Source: Macrostomum lignano | Taxonomy: Eukaryota | Length of the DNA: 42,183 nucleotides | Direction: 5' to 3' | NCBI GenBank assembly: GCA_002269645.1 | Contig: NIVC01004554.1 | Location: 1 to 42,183, forward strand | Position numbers and translations under genes: made by a program | Notes under the pieces: generated by a model | Database searches by the model: none | What the model saw: only the letters and a program-made list of their open reading frames with translations | What the model was told of the DNA's origin: nothing | In this document: positions 22,861-35,520 of the stretch, piece after piece | Position numbering within the stretch: the stretch's first letter is position 1 | How the letters are laid out: each line of letters begins with the position of its first letter

Positions 22861-23812
22861 CAGCCATTCTCTCTATAAAAAACCCCAAATTGAAATAGAG
22901 TTTCCTAAAGAAATTTTTACTGTTGAAAGGTTTAAATCGGCAAAGATATTGCAGTAAAAGTGCATGCTAGGCCAATAAATCCTGGTGAGACAGCCTCATA
23001 AACAATGAGTTCAGTTTATCTAGAAAGTGGCGCAGTTTAGGTGTCACTTCATCATATCACTTAAATATTTTATTTCAGTGTGGCAAACAGACTCAAAGCA
23101 GAAGGAAACCAGACACTGAGGCAGAAGCTCTGGGAGGCGAGCGATTTGGACTTAATACCCCGACCGCAGCCCGCAAGCCTCGTGCACGGGTTTTGCCGCC
23201 CTCAGTGCGAGAGAGGGGACGGGGCAAAAACTGCTGCTGCTGTTGCTGTTGCTACTAGAAGAACGGGCAGCTCCCGGCAGTCTAGGGTGTCAAAGCCCTC
23301 TCTATTTTGGCCAATACGTGCCTTCCTGCCACTGAAGTGGGGGGAGAGAGAAGGGATAGAGGGGGGAGAGAAGGATAGTGGAAGGGGGCAGTCCTGGCTG
23401 GGATCGCATGCCCCCCCTTCCCACCGACTCACAGCTGAAGCCCTGGGAGGGGGCTGCCAGGCAATTGGGGAAGATTGCAGCGTCAGTGATTGGCCCACAG
23501 CGCGCCCTCTCCCTCGCTGCTCCCCCCCCCCTATCCTCCTTATCATCTGGCGTCCCAGCTTGGCAGTGGAGCGAAGCAACTTCGCAATTCCCTCCTGAAC
23601 CAGACAGCAGCAGAGCCTCTCAGCCTATCAACCCAGCCAGCTTCGGTGCCTGACAGTAAGGGAGTGGCCAAGTTCTTCAGCGTCAACTTGGACCGCAGGG
23701 CCGCACAGGCCGATGCCACGGATCGAGGGCGCGGCGGCCGCAGCTCTTCAGTGCCAGCGTTGACCCGGGCCGCAGCCGGAATGCCCTGGGCGGATCAGCG
23801 GACTGGATTACT

Positions 23813-23828
23813 ATGCCACTAGCTGCAG
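23813..23828 (+). CDS. Neto: Neto-like gene, predicted first coding micro-exon (MPLAA, phase 1)
   Basis: ACTATG context, then CAG|GTGAGG donor at 23829. Phase matches the acceptor at 26046-26047. The alternative is a start at ATG 26008. Confidence 0.5.
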
Positions 23829-24569
23829 GTGAGGACCGCTAATCCTGCCCTGACCACAAGACCGGGATCCTGATCCCCTTATTGAGCTATTCGTCTTCTG
23901 TTCCCCTCTTGTCCGACTTTGCCCGCCTCCCCGCGAAATCCCAATTGGAACTTCAGCCGCCGCTAAAATCGATAATCCATATTTCTCCTCTTATTTCCTT
24001 GGGCAGTGCTGAGCACGGGAGCCACACCGCATACTCAGAAGCTGAGCTCTTTGGCCTCCTGCATCGACCCGTCACCCGGTGAACTCTCAGAGCCCAGGCC
24101 AGGTGCGAATATCGGGAATTCTGACCGCTCCCCACTCTCTGGCTTAGACAGTCGGGCCATCCCGCCAGTCTCATAACAGTCGGTGAAACCAGAAAAGTAC
24201 ACCGAGCACCAAGGACGGCGCTGGAAAGTTTGTAATCCTCTGCTCCCCGGGCTAGCAGCTTCTCCCGCTGATGCAACTGCAGCTTCGCGTGGAACGAAAC
24301 CGAGGAGAGCGAGCTCTCTCTTCAGGAGCCGGGAGAGGACAGGAATCTGATTTACAATTTCACATTTCTTCTGATCAGGCCCGCCGCCTCCCGCCCCCGC
24401 CAGCCCCGATCCCCCTTCCCGTTTGCCGTGAAAGCTGGCGTTGCACGAGGATATTAGATGGGGGAGGAGAGAAGACGGGGAGGCTGCCGAGTAAAAAAGG
24501 CGGGAGACAGAAAAACAGCTCAGAGAAGCGGCGGTCCGGCAGGTCCGCCTCGCCCTCGCGGAGCAGATA

Positions 24570-24678
<109 letters not shown>

Positions 24679-25152
24679 AGCGCCCCTCTGACACGGACGG
24701 GAGGGCGAGAAATCCTGACAGAGGAAGGCGCTGGCACAGGCATCGCGGGGGGGTTGAGACGGTGGCAACAGTGGCAGAAAAAAGGGGAGCAGGCGGGGAA
24801 ATTTCCCCTTCCTTCCAGTCGGACGGGCAGCCCCATCAAGATTTCCGCCCAGCTTCACTAATGTCAATCAGCGCTGGGTCCCAGAGCCCCGCTGAACTGC
24901 CGGGAAATCCACTGCTCAATTGCAAAACCAGTGCATTCGCTTCCGTCCGCACCGGCCTTCAGAGTCAGCGAGGCTGGCTTTAAAGTACAAACCGTTGTCT
25001 CTTTGTTGGCAAAGGAAGGCAATTTTGATTCGACCTTGGTTTAGGCGCTGTTCTCATTAGCGGCTTGCTAAGGTCGCTTTGCCAGAAGCTGAAAGACTGC
25101 AACGAGGAAATTTGTTAGCTTAGAGGATAAGAAGCTAGAGTTTCAGATGACT

Positions 25153-25938
25153 AGAGGATGAGATGCCGAGAGGATGAGATGCAAAGAGGATGAGATGCCA
25201 AGAGGATGAGATGCCAAGAGGATGAGATGCAAAGAGGATGAGATGCAAAGAGGATGAGATGCCAAGAGGATGAGATGCCAAGAGGATGAGATGCCAAGAG
25301 GATGAGATGCCAAGAGGATGAGATGCCAAGAGGATGAGATGCCAAGAGGATGAGATGCCAAGAGGATGAGATGCCAAGAGGATGAGATGCCAAGAGGATG
25401 AGATGCCAAGAGGATGAGATGCCAAGAGGATGAGATGCCAAGAGGATGAGATGCCAAGAGGATGAGATGCCAAGAGGATGAGATGCCAAGAGGATGAGAT
25501 GCCAAGAGGATGAGATGCCAAGAGGATGAGATGCCAAGAGGATGAGATGCCAAGAGGATGAGATGCCAAGAGGATGAGATGCCAAGAGGATGAGATGCCA
25601 AGAGGATGAGATGCCAAGAGGATGAGATGCCAAGAGGATGAGATGCCAAGAGGATGAGATGCCAAGAGGATGAGATGCCAAGAGGATGAGATGCCAAGAG
25701 GATGAGATGCCAAGAGGATGAGATGCCAAGAGGATGAGATGCCAAGAGGATGAGATGCCAAGAGGATGAGATGCCAAGAGGATGAGATGCCAAGAGGATG
25801 AGATGCCAAGAGGATGAGATGCCAAGAGGATGAGATGCCAAGAGGATGAGATGCCAAGAGGATGAGATGCCAAGAGGATGAGATGCCAAGAGGATGAGAT
25901 GCCAAGAGGATGAGATGCCAAGAGGATGAGATGCCAAG
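25153..25938. repeat. 16-bp minisatellite, ~49 copies, highly homogeneous
   Basis: Unit GCCAAGAGGATGAGAT. Confidence 0.98.
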
Positions 25939-26047
25939 AGACGGTAAGCAACAGTGAGGAGTAGCGAAGTGGATGGATGCTCAGAGGTTGAGTGAGACGC
26001 CAGCGCAATGAATCAGTTGTGTTCCTCAATATCTTTCCCATTGCCAG

Positions 26048-26137
26048 CAGCCAATGCCCTCGCACTGCCACTGACTGCTCTGCTGCTGCGACTGGCTGTA
26101 CTGCTCAACCTGCTGCTCTGGGCAGCCGCCACAGGCG
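26048..26137 (+). CDS. Neto: Neto-like gene, signal-peptide exon (or from ATG 26008)
   Basis: ANALALPLTALLLRLAVLLNLLLWAAATG hydrophobic stretch; TCTTTCCCATTGCCAG acceptor; GTGAGT donor at 26138, phase 1. Confidence 0.8.
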
Positions 26138-26213
26138 GTGAGTTGCTACTCCGTGTCTCAAACTCTTCTAGGAGTTACAAGCCGTACTTTTTATTGCCTT
26201 TGTCGTTTGCCAG

Positions 26214-26351
26214 ACCTGCTGCCGCAACAGCCCGAGGCCTGCGCCAACTTCACCGGCGGCGCCGGTTTCCAGTCAGGCTTCTTCACCTTCACCACGCCCA
26301 ATTACCCGGCCAGGTACCCGGCCAGGTCCGACTGCATCAAACTCATCCGGG
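26214..26351 (+). CDS. Neto: Neto-like gene, CUB1 N-terminal exon
   Basis: DLLPQQPEACANFTGG...FTTPNYPARYPARSDCIKLIR; TTTGCCAG acceptor; GTGAGT donor at 26352; phase 1/1. Confidence 0.9.
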
Positions 26352-26401
26352 GTGAGTCGGTGGATCCGGATTCTATGCAGATAAATAATATGCTTAGCGA
26401 A

Positions 26402-26762
26402 AGGGGGCCGTAGCCCAGCGGTAGCGCAGCTGCTCTGGTGTGCCAGCGACCCAGGCTCGATTCCAAGTGCAGTCACATTAATTTGGGGCTGAATTGGAAT
26501 CTCGGCTTGGCTCTGCTCATGCAATTAACGGCCTTGAGAGCCAACCCCCCAAGGCGCAGTGAAGTGTACATGCCTAACGATAAAATAAAGTTAGGGCCGC
26601 TGTACACTCCTGTGTGAGTGTGTGCCTGCGTACGTATCCGCGCGCTTGTATGCCTGCTCAGGGGAGTCGGCGGAATGGGCAGCAATGCCTCTCGCCGGTT
26701 GTGTGCCAATGTCGCTTAAAGTGCGCCAGGGTGCACACAACCCCCGTGCCTCTAATAAAAAA
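26402..26762 (+). mobile_element. tRNA-derived SINE, family 1, copy B (intronic)
   Basis: Same A/B-box head and body as copy A (about 8 differences seen by eye); TAATAAAAAAA tail; 15-bp TSD AATATGCTTAGCGAA at 26387-26401 and 26763-26777. Confidence 0.92.
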
Positions 26763-26786
26763 AATATGCTTAGCGAATCCCAACCG

Positions 26787-26901
26787 CTCTGTCACCAGCT
26801 GAGTACCCGCAACACTGACTTGATCCCACCTCTCTGTCACCAGCTGAGTACCCGCAACACTGACTTGATCCCACCTCTCTGTCACCAGCTGAGTACCCGC
26901 A
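26787..26901 (+). repeat. 45-bp tandem repeat that triplicates the splice acceptor of the next exon
   Basis: CTCTGTCACCAG|CTGAGTACCCGCA occurs three times, with AG at 26797, 26842 and 26887. Confidence 0.93.
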
Positions 26902-27179
26902 TCAGGTGGTGAAGCTGGACTTCCGCGACGAGTTCTTCATCGAAGACAACAGCCAGTGCGCCACGGACTACCTGGAGATTCGGGACGGGCCATACGGCTA
27001 CTCACCGCAGATTCCCGGCCTCCTGCGCAGTCGAGTTTGCGGCCGGGGGCCGCCGAGGCGACCGCCACTGGTTTCAACTGGGCGCTACCTGTGGCTTCGC
27101 TTCCGGTCGGACGATTCTATTGAGCACGCCGGGATGAAGGCTGTGTACAGCTTTGAGCAGGCCAATAATGTTCGACAAG
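26889..27179 (+). CDS. Neto: Neto-like gene, CUB1 C-terminal exon
   Basis: AEYPHQVVKLDFRDEFFIEDNSQCATDYLEIRDGPYGYSP...VCG...STGRYLWLRFRSDDSIEHAGMKAVYSF, matching the Neto CUB1 signature (LEVRDGPFGFSP...STGRFMWIKFSSD); phase 1/1. Confidence 0.93.
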
Positions 27180-27259
27180 GTGGGTGGCTCGCAGCTCCCT
27201 CTAGTCAAAATAGGTCTTACACCTTGATACATTTGAAAATGCTAGCAAGTTGGGTATCT

Positions 27260-27628
27260 GTGTACAAGACTCTCAGTACGGTGTGGTCAATGTACAAGAC
27301 TCTCAGTACGGTGTGGTCAATGTACAAGACTCTCAGTACGGTGTGGTCAATGTACAAGACTCTCAGTACGGTGTGGTCAATGTACAAGACTCTCAGTACA
27401 GTGTGGTCAATGTACAAGACTCTCAGTACGGTGTGGTCAATGTACAAGACTCTCAGTATGGTGTGATCAATGTACAAGAATCTCAGTACGGTGTGGTCAA
27501 TCTACAAGACTCTCAGTACAGTGTGGTCAATGTACAAGACTCTCAGTACGGTGTGGTCAATGTACAAGACTCTCAGTACGGTGTGGTCAATGTACAAGAC
27601 TCTCAGTACGGTGTGGTCAATGCACAAG
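27260..27628. repeat. 30-bp minisatellite, ~12 copies
   Basis: Unit GTACAAGACTCTCAGTACGGTGTGGTCAAT. Confidence 0.97.
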
Positions 27629-28119
27629 ATCCATTTGTGCTTGGGGTGCCTGTACAAGACTCTGCCTATGGGCCAACAAGTTGGCAGAATCAATGTTCCT
27701 GCAGAATCCAATTCGGTGTGTCAGCTGTTTTTACTGCCTTCAGAGCTCTCCGTAATGCGCATTGCTAGTTATACAGCACTGGACCCAAAACAGAGTGGAT
27801 TGAATGCACCAAACTTTTACCACAGCGTGTTAAAAAATTGTTGCAGAAAAAGCCGAAGCCACGTTTCGCATGAAAGTAAAAGATAAACCTGTCGCTTGGC
27901 TTCGTCTGCTACTTAAATTTTTGAAATTCAAAAAACTACAAAATACCAAGGGGCCCCAGGTAGCCTAGATCTGGTGTTGCCGGGCAATAAATGGCATAAG
28001 ATTTTGCTTGGACTTAGGAAAGCATGCAGTGGCCCCGTGCCAGTGGGAATCAAAAAAAGAAGCTGGGAGATACAGTGGGAGGGAAAGAGGGGAGAGAAAT
28101 AACGATAAGGGCCAAAAAG

Positions 28120-29370
28120 AGACGCACTGAGAGAGAGTGACAGATAGGGGGAGGCAAAGAGAGATGCACTAAGAGAGAGTGACAGATAGGGGGAGGCAAA
28201 GAGAGATGCACTGAGAGAGAGTGACAGATAGGGGGAGGCAAAGAGAGATGCACTGAGAGAGAGTGACAGATAGGGGGAGGCAAAGAGAGATGCACTGAGA
28301 GAGAGTGACAGATAGGGGGAGGCAAAGAGAGATGCACTGAGAGAGAGTGACAGATAGGGGGAGGCAAAGAGAGATGCACTGAGAGAGAGTGACAGATAGG
28401 GGGAGGCAAAGAGAGATGCACTGAGAGAGAGTGACAGATAGGGGGAGGCAAAGAGAGATGCACTGAGAGAGAGTGACAGATAGGGGGAGGCAAAGAGAGA
28501 TGCACTGAGAGAGAGTGACAGATAGGGGGAGGCAAAGAGAGATGCACTGAGAGAGAGTGACAGATAGGGGGAGGCAAAGAGAGATGCACTGAGAGAGAGT
28601 GACAGATAGGGGGAGGCAAAGAGAGATGCACTGAGAGAGAGTGACAGATAGGGGGAGGCAAAGAGAGATGCACTGAGAGAGAGTGACAGATAGGGGGAGG
28701 CAAAGAGAGATGCACTGAGAGAGAGTGACAGATAGGGGAGGCAAAGAGAGATGCACTGAGAGAGAGTGACAGATAGGGGGAGGCAAAGAGAGATGCACTG
28801 AGAGAGAGTGACAGATAGGGGGAGGCAAAGAGAGATGCACTGAGAGAGAGTGACAGATAGGGGGAGGCAAAGAGAGATGCACTGAGAGAGAGTGACAGAT
28901 AGGGGGAGGCAAAGAGAGATGCACTGAGAGAGAGTGACAGATAGGGGGAGGCAAAGAGAGATGCACTGAGAGAGAGTGACAGATAGGGGGAGGCAAAGAG
29001 AGATGCACTGAGAGAGAGTGACAGATAGGGGGAGGCAAAGAGAGATGCACTGAGAGAGAGTGACAGATAGGGGGAGGCAAAGAGAGATGCACTGAGAGAG
29101 AGTGACAGATAGGGGGAGGCAAAGAGAGATGCACTGAGAGAGAGTGACAGATAGGGGGAGGCAAAGAGAGATGCACTGAGAGAGAGTGACAGATAAGGGG
29201 AGGCAAAGAGAGATGCACTGAGAGTGACAGATAGGGGGAGACAGAGAGAGATGCACTGAGAGAGAGTGACAGATAGGGGGAGACAGAGAGAGATGCACCG
29301 AGAGAGTGACAGATAGGAGGGGGGGGGGGGCAAAGAGAGACGCACTGAGAGAGAGTGACAGATAGGGGGA
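28120..29370. repeat. 42-bp purine-rich minisatellite, ~30 copies
   Basis: Unit CAGATAGGGGGAGGCAAAGAGAGATGCACTGAGAGAGAGTGA. Confidence 0.98.
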
Positions 29371-30199
29371 GAGCTATGATTGGAATTCTTTTATGCTAGA
29401 GATCCTGGGTTCGAGTCTTCAGGCAGCGAACTGATGTCGCTAAAGGCGACTTTGCCGTTGCAGTTAGTGGAGCAGAACTTTTTAGACTCATATCCCTGAG
29501 TTGGGATGCTGATCCCATATTCATCAGGCGGGCCAGTGTTGTGCCGAGTCAGTTCGAGTTATCATCAGCGAGACTCAGTCCCTCCATATTTCCCCTCCAG
29601 CTAAAGTGCAGACGATTCCTCTGCAGCCAAGCGACCAGTCAGTCCAATTCCTGAGACAATTCAAAGTGTTTAGCGGCCCGGCAGCTGAGCCCCCCCCCCG
29701 CCTCATCAGCAATATATTATTTCCTCCAATTCCTTTAGCCTTCTTGCCGAAATTTTCTTTCTCGAGCCCCGTCGCCGGCCTCTTCGAATTTGCATTTCGC
29801 CTCCTGGCCTTCCATTCCCAATCCCCCAAACCACCGCCTTCCCGCCTCCCCCCGCGGCGGGTGGCTGCACTTTCAGCCGGCCGTCGGGGAAGCCAGGTGG
29901 CGCCATAGAGGGCAACAGGACCAAATTCTGGCATTCTGGCGATGGGAGCGCAGCCCCCGCCGCCACCGCCACTGCACCCTGAAGTAGGAATGTCAGACAG
30001 GGGAAACGGGATCTTCTGCACCTGCTGCGGCGGCCACTCAATAATCCCCTCACCAGCCAAGTCCCGGAACTCGGCATTCACGGGCCTGAAGCTTCCGAAA
30101 CTAAAAAAACTGCTTCATCTGCTGAGAGTCGCTGCTGGGACAGGTTGACTGACTGGGGTCCGGTGGGGGACACGCCTGCACAACATTTCCTTGAAAACT

Positions 30200-30836
30200 T
30201 TCTATTCGATTCGATTCTATTCTGTTCTATTCTATACCATTCTATTCTATTCGATTCGATTATATTCTGTTCTGTTCTGTTCTGTTCTACTCTGTTCTAT
30301 TCTATTCTATTCTGTTCTATTCTGTGATATTCTATTCCATTCTATTCTATTCGATTCTATTCTATTCTGTTCTGTTCTGTTCTGTTCTACTCTGTTCTAT
30401 TTTATTCAGTTCTGTTATATTATATTCTATTCTACTCTATTCTATTCTATTCTATTCTATTCTATTCTATTCTATTCTATACTACTCTATTCTATTCTAT
30501 TCTATTCTATTCTATTCTATTCTATTCTATTCTATTCTATTCTATTTTATTCTGTTCTGTTCTGTTCTGTTCTACTCTGTTCAATTTTATTCAGTTCTAT
30601 TATATTATATATATTCTACTCTATTCCATTCTATTCTGTTCTGTTCCATTCTATTCTATTCTATTCGGTTCTATTCTATTCTATTCTATTCTATTCTATT
30701 CTATTCTATTCTATTCTATTCTATTCTATTCTATTCTATTCTATTCTATTCTATTCTATTCTATTCTATTCTATTCTATTCTATTCTATTCTATTCTATT
30801 CTATTCTATTCTATTCTATTCTATTCTATTCTATTC
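30200..30836. repeat. (TTCTA)n pentanucleotide microsatellite abutting a splice acceptor
   Basis: Degenerate 5' part (TTCTG variants) and a pure 3' run ending CTATTCCAG|. Confidence 0.98.
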
Positions 30837-30839
30837 CAG

Positions 30840-30982
30840 AATGCCGCCTGGAGCTCCGGCTCCCAGTGGACCGCCAAGAAGTGCTCACAACCAAGCAGTT
30901 GAAGGACAAGATTCCTGCCGGAAATGCGACCACAAAGCCGGTGGACTGCTCCATTGATGCCACCTCACCGGAGGACACAAAG
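30840..30982 (+). CDS. Neto: Neto-like gene, CUB2 N-terminal exon
   Basis: ECRLELRLPVDRQEVLTTKQL...KPVDCSIDATSPEDTK; phase 1 in, phase 0 out (AAG|GTGCGA). Confidence 0.82.
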
Positions 30983-31986
30983 GTGCGAATTTCACCTACC
31001 TCTATGGTGCCAACTTTTTCTATTCTAAATCTACGTACTCTTTCCCACCTCTTCCTTCCCGCTCTCCCAACTTCCCACTCTCACATCCTCCTTCCCACTT
31101 TTATTTCACACTACAGCATTGACTTCAAAACTTGCCGTTGGTTGGGAATCGGTCACACGGAGGGGAGACTCCTAGCAACTTCAGCTCGCTCTCTCTTCCC
31201 CAGGTGACCAGGCGAAGGACAGGGGGGGGAGTTCTCACTCTCAGTTTGTTTGCCGATCGTGTCCGCCTTCGCTGCTCCGCCAACGGTGCTTTTAGCCTTT
31301 TGCTGTTAATGCATCTCTTCTGGGGGTGCAGCGCAGGCCGCGAGCAGTATTGCTGCTCCTGGGGGGGGGGGGGGGGGGCAGTGAACTCAGATCGGCAGGC
31401 CACCAGTGCAAGACCTAACTCGCCCCCACTCTCTATCTGTCCCTCGCGTCCTGCCCTCCCCATTCCCCGTGTTTTCTCAGTTGAGTGACGCCTCTGCGTC
31501 GCCAGACTGCGTTGGGGCAGCAGGAAAAATGAAATATATAAAAATTGAGCTGACTGCCTCGCGCTTGCCAGCCTGGTCGGTCGGTCACTCCGTGCACTGA
31601 GCAAAGAGCAAACTTCGAGATCTGCTGCTGCTGCTGCTGCTGCCGCCTGTGCCATTCCTCCTGTCCCTGTGGGTTGACACAGGGTGGCTGAGGTGGTCGT
31701 GCAGGCTTTTTTTTCTTAGTTTGAGCCTCCTTCTAAGAGAACAAAAGCCATTCACGGAAGACAATTTGAGAATGCTGATCCCACTGTCTGGTGGCCCCGC
31801 CTGGCCTGGGCTGGCCAGGGAAATTCAAGGCTGCATGCGAAAAAAGGAGGGGAGGGCGACTTTTGCAGACAATTGCCCTGCCGAACTGCTGCAGGCTGAC
31901 GGCCTGGCTGCCTGTCCGCCCCTGGCAACTGGCGACTGCTGCTGCACTGCGGGTCAGGCAGTGCTGGCCAGGCCGCCCAGGGACCT

Positions 31987-33168
<1,182 letters not shown>

Positions 33169-33749
33169 CAAGCAGAAAAGCAGTCGCAGGAGGCAGAAAG
33201 GCAGCAGAGATGCTGAGAGGGATGAAGCAAGGATGAATGGCTTTATAAAGAAACTGGAGAAGCCGATAACCTTGAGTCGATGAAAACGGGAAATATGAGG
33301 AGATTTTCAACAGGTTTCACACCTGCTCACTGATGCCATTGAGGGCAGGGCAAGGGGGCTCTCATCGGCAAGATGAGCAGCCGGATGCGGCAGCCAATTA
33401 ATTATCCACCCGCGAATGAGCACAAGAAGTGGCTATTTCTGTCAATAGGCACCAGTTGGGACAAAAATTGATGGGAGTAAAATATAAATGCTGTGGCTGG
33501 GGTCTCCCTCCCCCCCGGCTTGTCCTGTATCATTCTGAAATTCTGAAAATCAATAATTGATGCATTTTTGCTGATCGCATGCGCTGGGATTTGGCCGAGA
33601 CCGGAGGTGGGAGACGACGCTGGCTGGGTGGGAGCAGTTTTGCCCGCAGCTGGCAAGGGCGTGGGGTTGGGAGTAGCGCACTTTTAACAGCGCGCATTAA
33701 TATTTGCCCGTCTGGGAGCGATTAGGGTTTAATTATGCTTAAAAATACT

Positions 33750-34280
33750 GAGCTGTACAATGCGAGTGACTGGGAGTTGCGGGCAGGCTGGGCAGTCAAG
33801 TTCAGATGACTGAAGCACAGTCTAACAGATGAATCAGAGTCAGAGATGGTCAGTTTTCGATTTAGACAGATGTGAGTCGAACTATGAGTCGGAAGAGTCA
33901 GAGACTGTAGAAAAAATAAGACTAAAAACACTAGAACTAAATTAGATGTTAAATTGAATACTAAAATAAGCCAGTAAGTGGGCGCAGGGCCCAAACAAGT
34001 ATATTTATACCATACATTAACTTAAGGGGTTTGAATTGCAGATAATAAAGAGAGGGGTGGAGTGCGAGATAGAGTGGCGAGAATGGAGAACCAATCAGAA
34101 CGCAGCAAGGGAGAGAGAGATAAAAATAACAAGATTGAGCTAGACAGAGAGAGAGAAAACGGAGTAAACAGAGACAAGTGAAGGTGAACTAAGAAATGAC
34201 TAGGAAAGTCGCGACAGAGACAGATGAGTCAGAGATGGTCAAGTTTAGATTTAGACAGATGTGAGTCAGATGTGAGTCAG
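33750..34280. repeat. Interspersed repeat related to 15960-16460, bracketed by a ~50-bp direct repeat
   Basis: Shares GCGYAGGGCCCA, TGCAGATAA, GAGTGCG, CCAATCAGAA and GACTARGAAAGTC blocks with the first copy. GAGTCAGAGATGGTCA...GATTTAGACAGATGTGAGTC occurs at ~33835 and ~34226. Confidence 0.65.
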
Positions 34281-34309
34281 GAGAGTCCAATCCCACCACC
34301 TGGCCGCAG

Positions 34310-34558
34310 ATCTTCTTCTCCCTGGAGAGCATGGTGGTTCGCCGCGACGACGCGTGCGACCTGCACCAGCTGACCTTCTTCGACGGGTTCACCTCCGGCG
34401 AGGCAAGAGACGGGCCAGCGCCCCCGTCTGCAAATCACTGGAGGAGGCGAACGCCAAGGGCCACCTGTCCACGAAGCGCCGTGTCGTGATCCGAGTGACC
34501 TCCCGAGATGCCTACCTGATGCCCGATTTTGTTGTGGTGCTCACAGTTGTGCGACTTG
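34310..34558 (+). CDS. Neto: Neto-like gene, CUB2 C-terminal exon (1-nt frameshift at ~34402)
   Basis: IFFSLESMVVRRDDACDLHQLTFFDGFTSGE, then in the shifted frame GKRRASAPVCKSL...VVIRVTSRDAYLMPDFVVVLTVVRL. CCGCAG acceptor (phase 0); GTGAGT donor at 34559 (phase 1). Confidence 0.85.
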
Positions 34559-34669
34559 GTGAGTCTCTGGGCACTTTGCTGAGCGCATCTGTGCACTTTC
34601 TCATAATCAGTGCGATTTTGCATTGTTCGTTGAGACGTTCTCATGGTTGGCATGGAATTTCGTCCTTGG

Positions 34670-35520
34670 GTCCGAGTCAGTTAATACACTCACGAGTCAG
34701 TTAATACACTCCATGAGTCAGTTAGACACTCCACGAGTCAGTTAATACACTCCACGAGTCAGTTAGACACTCCACGAGTCAGTTAATACACTCCACGAGT
34801 CAGTTAGACACTCCACGAGTCAGTTAATACACTCCACGAGTCAGTTAGACACTCCACGAGTCAGTTAATGCACTTCGCGAGTCAGTTAATACACTCCACG
34901 AGTCAGTTAATACACCCCGCGAGTCAGTTAGTCACACCACGAGTCAGTTAATACACTCCACGAGTCAGTTAATACACTCCACGAGTCAGTTAATACACCC
35001 CGCGAGTCAGTTAGTCACACCACGAGTCAGTTAATACACTCCACGAGTCAGTTAATACACTCCACGAGTCAGTTAATACACCCCGCGAGTCAGTTAGTCA
35101 CACCACGAGTCAGTTAATACACCCCACGAGTCAGTTAATACACTCCACGAGTCAGTTAGACACTCCACGAGTCAGTTAATGCACTTCGCGAGTCAGTTAA
35201 TACACTCCACGAGTCAGTTAAGACACTGCACGAGTCAATTAGACACCCCACGAGTCAATCAGACACTCCACGAGCCAATCAGACACTCCACGAGTCAATC
35301 AGACACTCCACGAGTCAATCAGACACTCCACGAGTCAATCAGACACTCCACGAGTCAATCAGACACTCCACGAGTCAATCAGACACTCCACGAGTCAATC
35401 AGACACTCCACGAGTCAATCAGACACTCCACGAGTCAATCAGACACTGCACGAGTCAGTTAGACACTCTCTGAGAGTTCCGTTAGACATTCCACGAGTTA
35501 GTTAGTTAGGACACTCCACA
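34670..35520. repeat. 20/21-bp minisatellite with two subdomains
   Basis: CACTCCACGAGTCAGTTAATA / ...TTAGA units, switching to CACGAGTCAATCAGACACTC after ~35230. Confidence 0.96.

Noticed and set aside
25941-25950. Donor-like ACG|GTAAGC at the end of the 16-bp array
   Set aside because: No plausible upstream acceptor or exon; the preceding sequence is pure repeat.
29398-29430. Isolated B-box-like GGGTTCGAGTC
   Set aside because: No A box, recognisable body or tail; at most a SINE relic.
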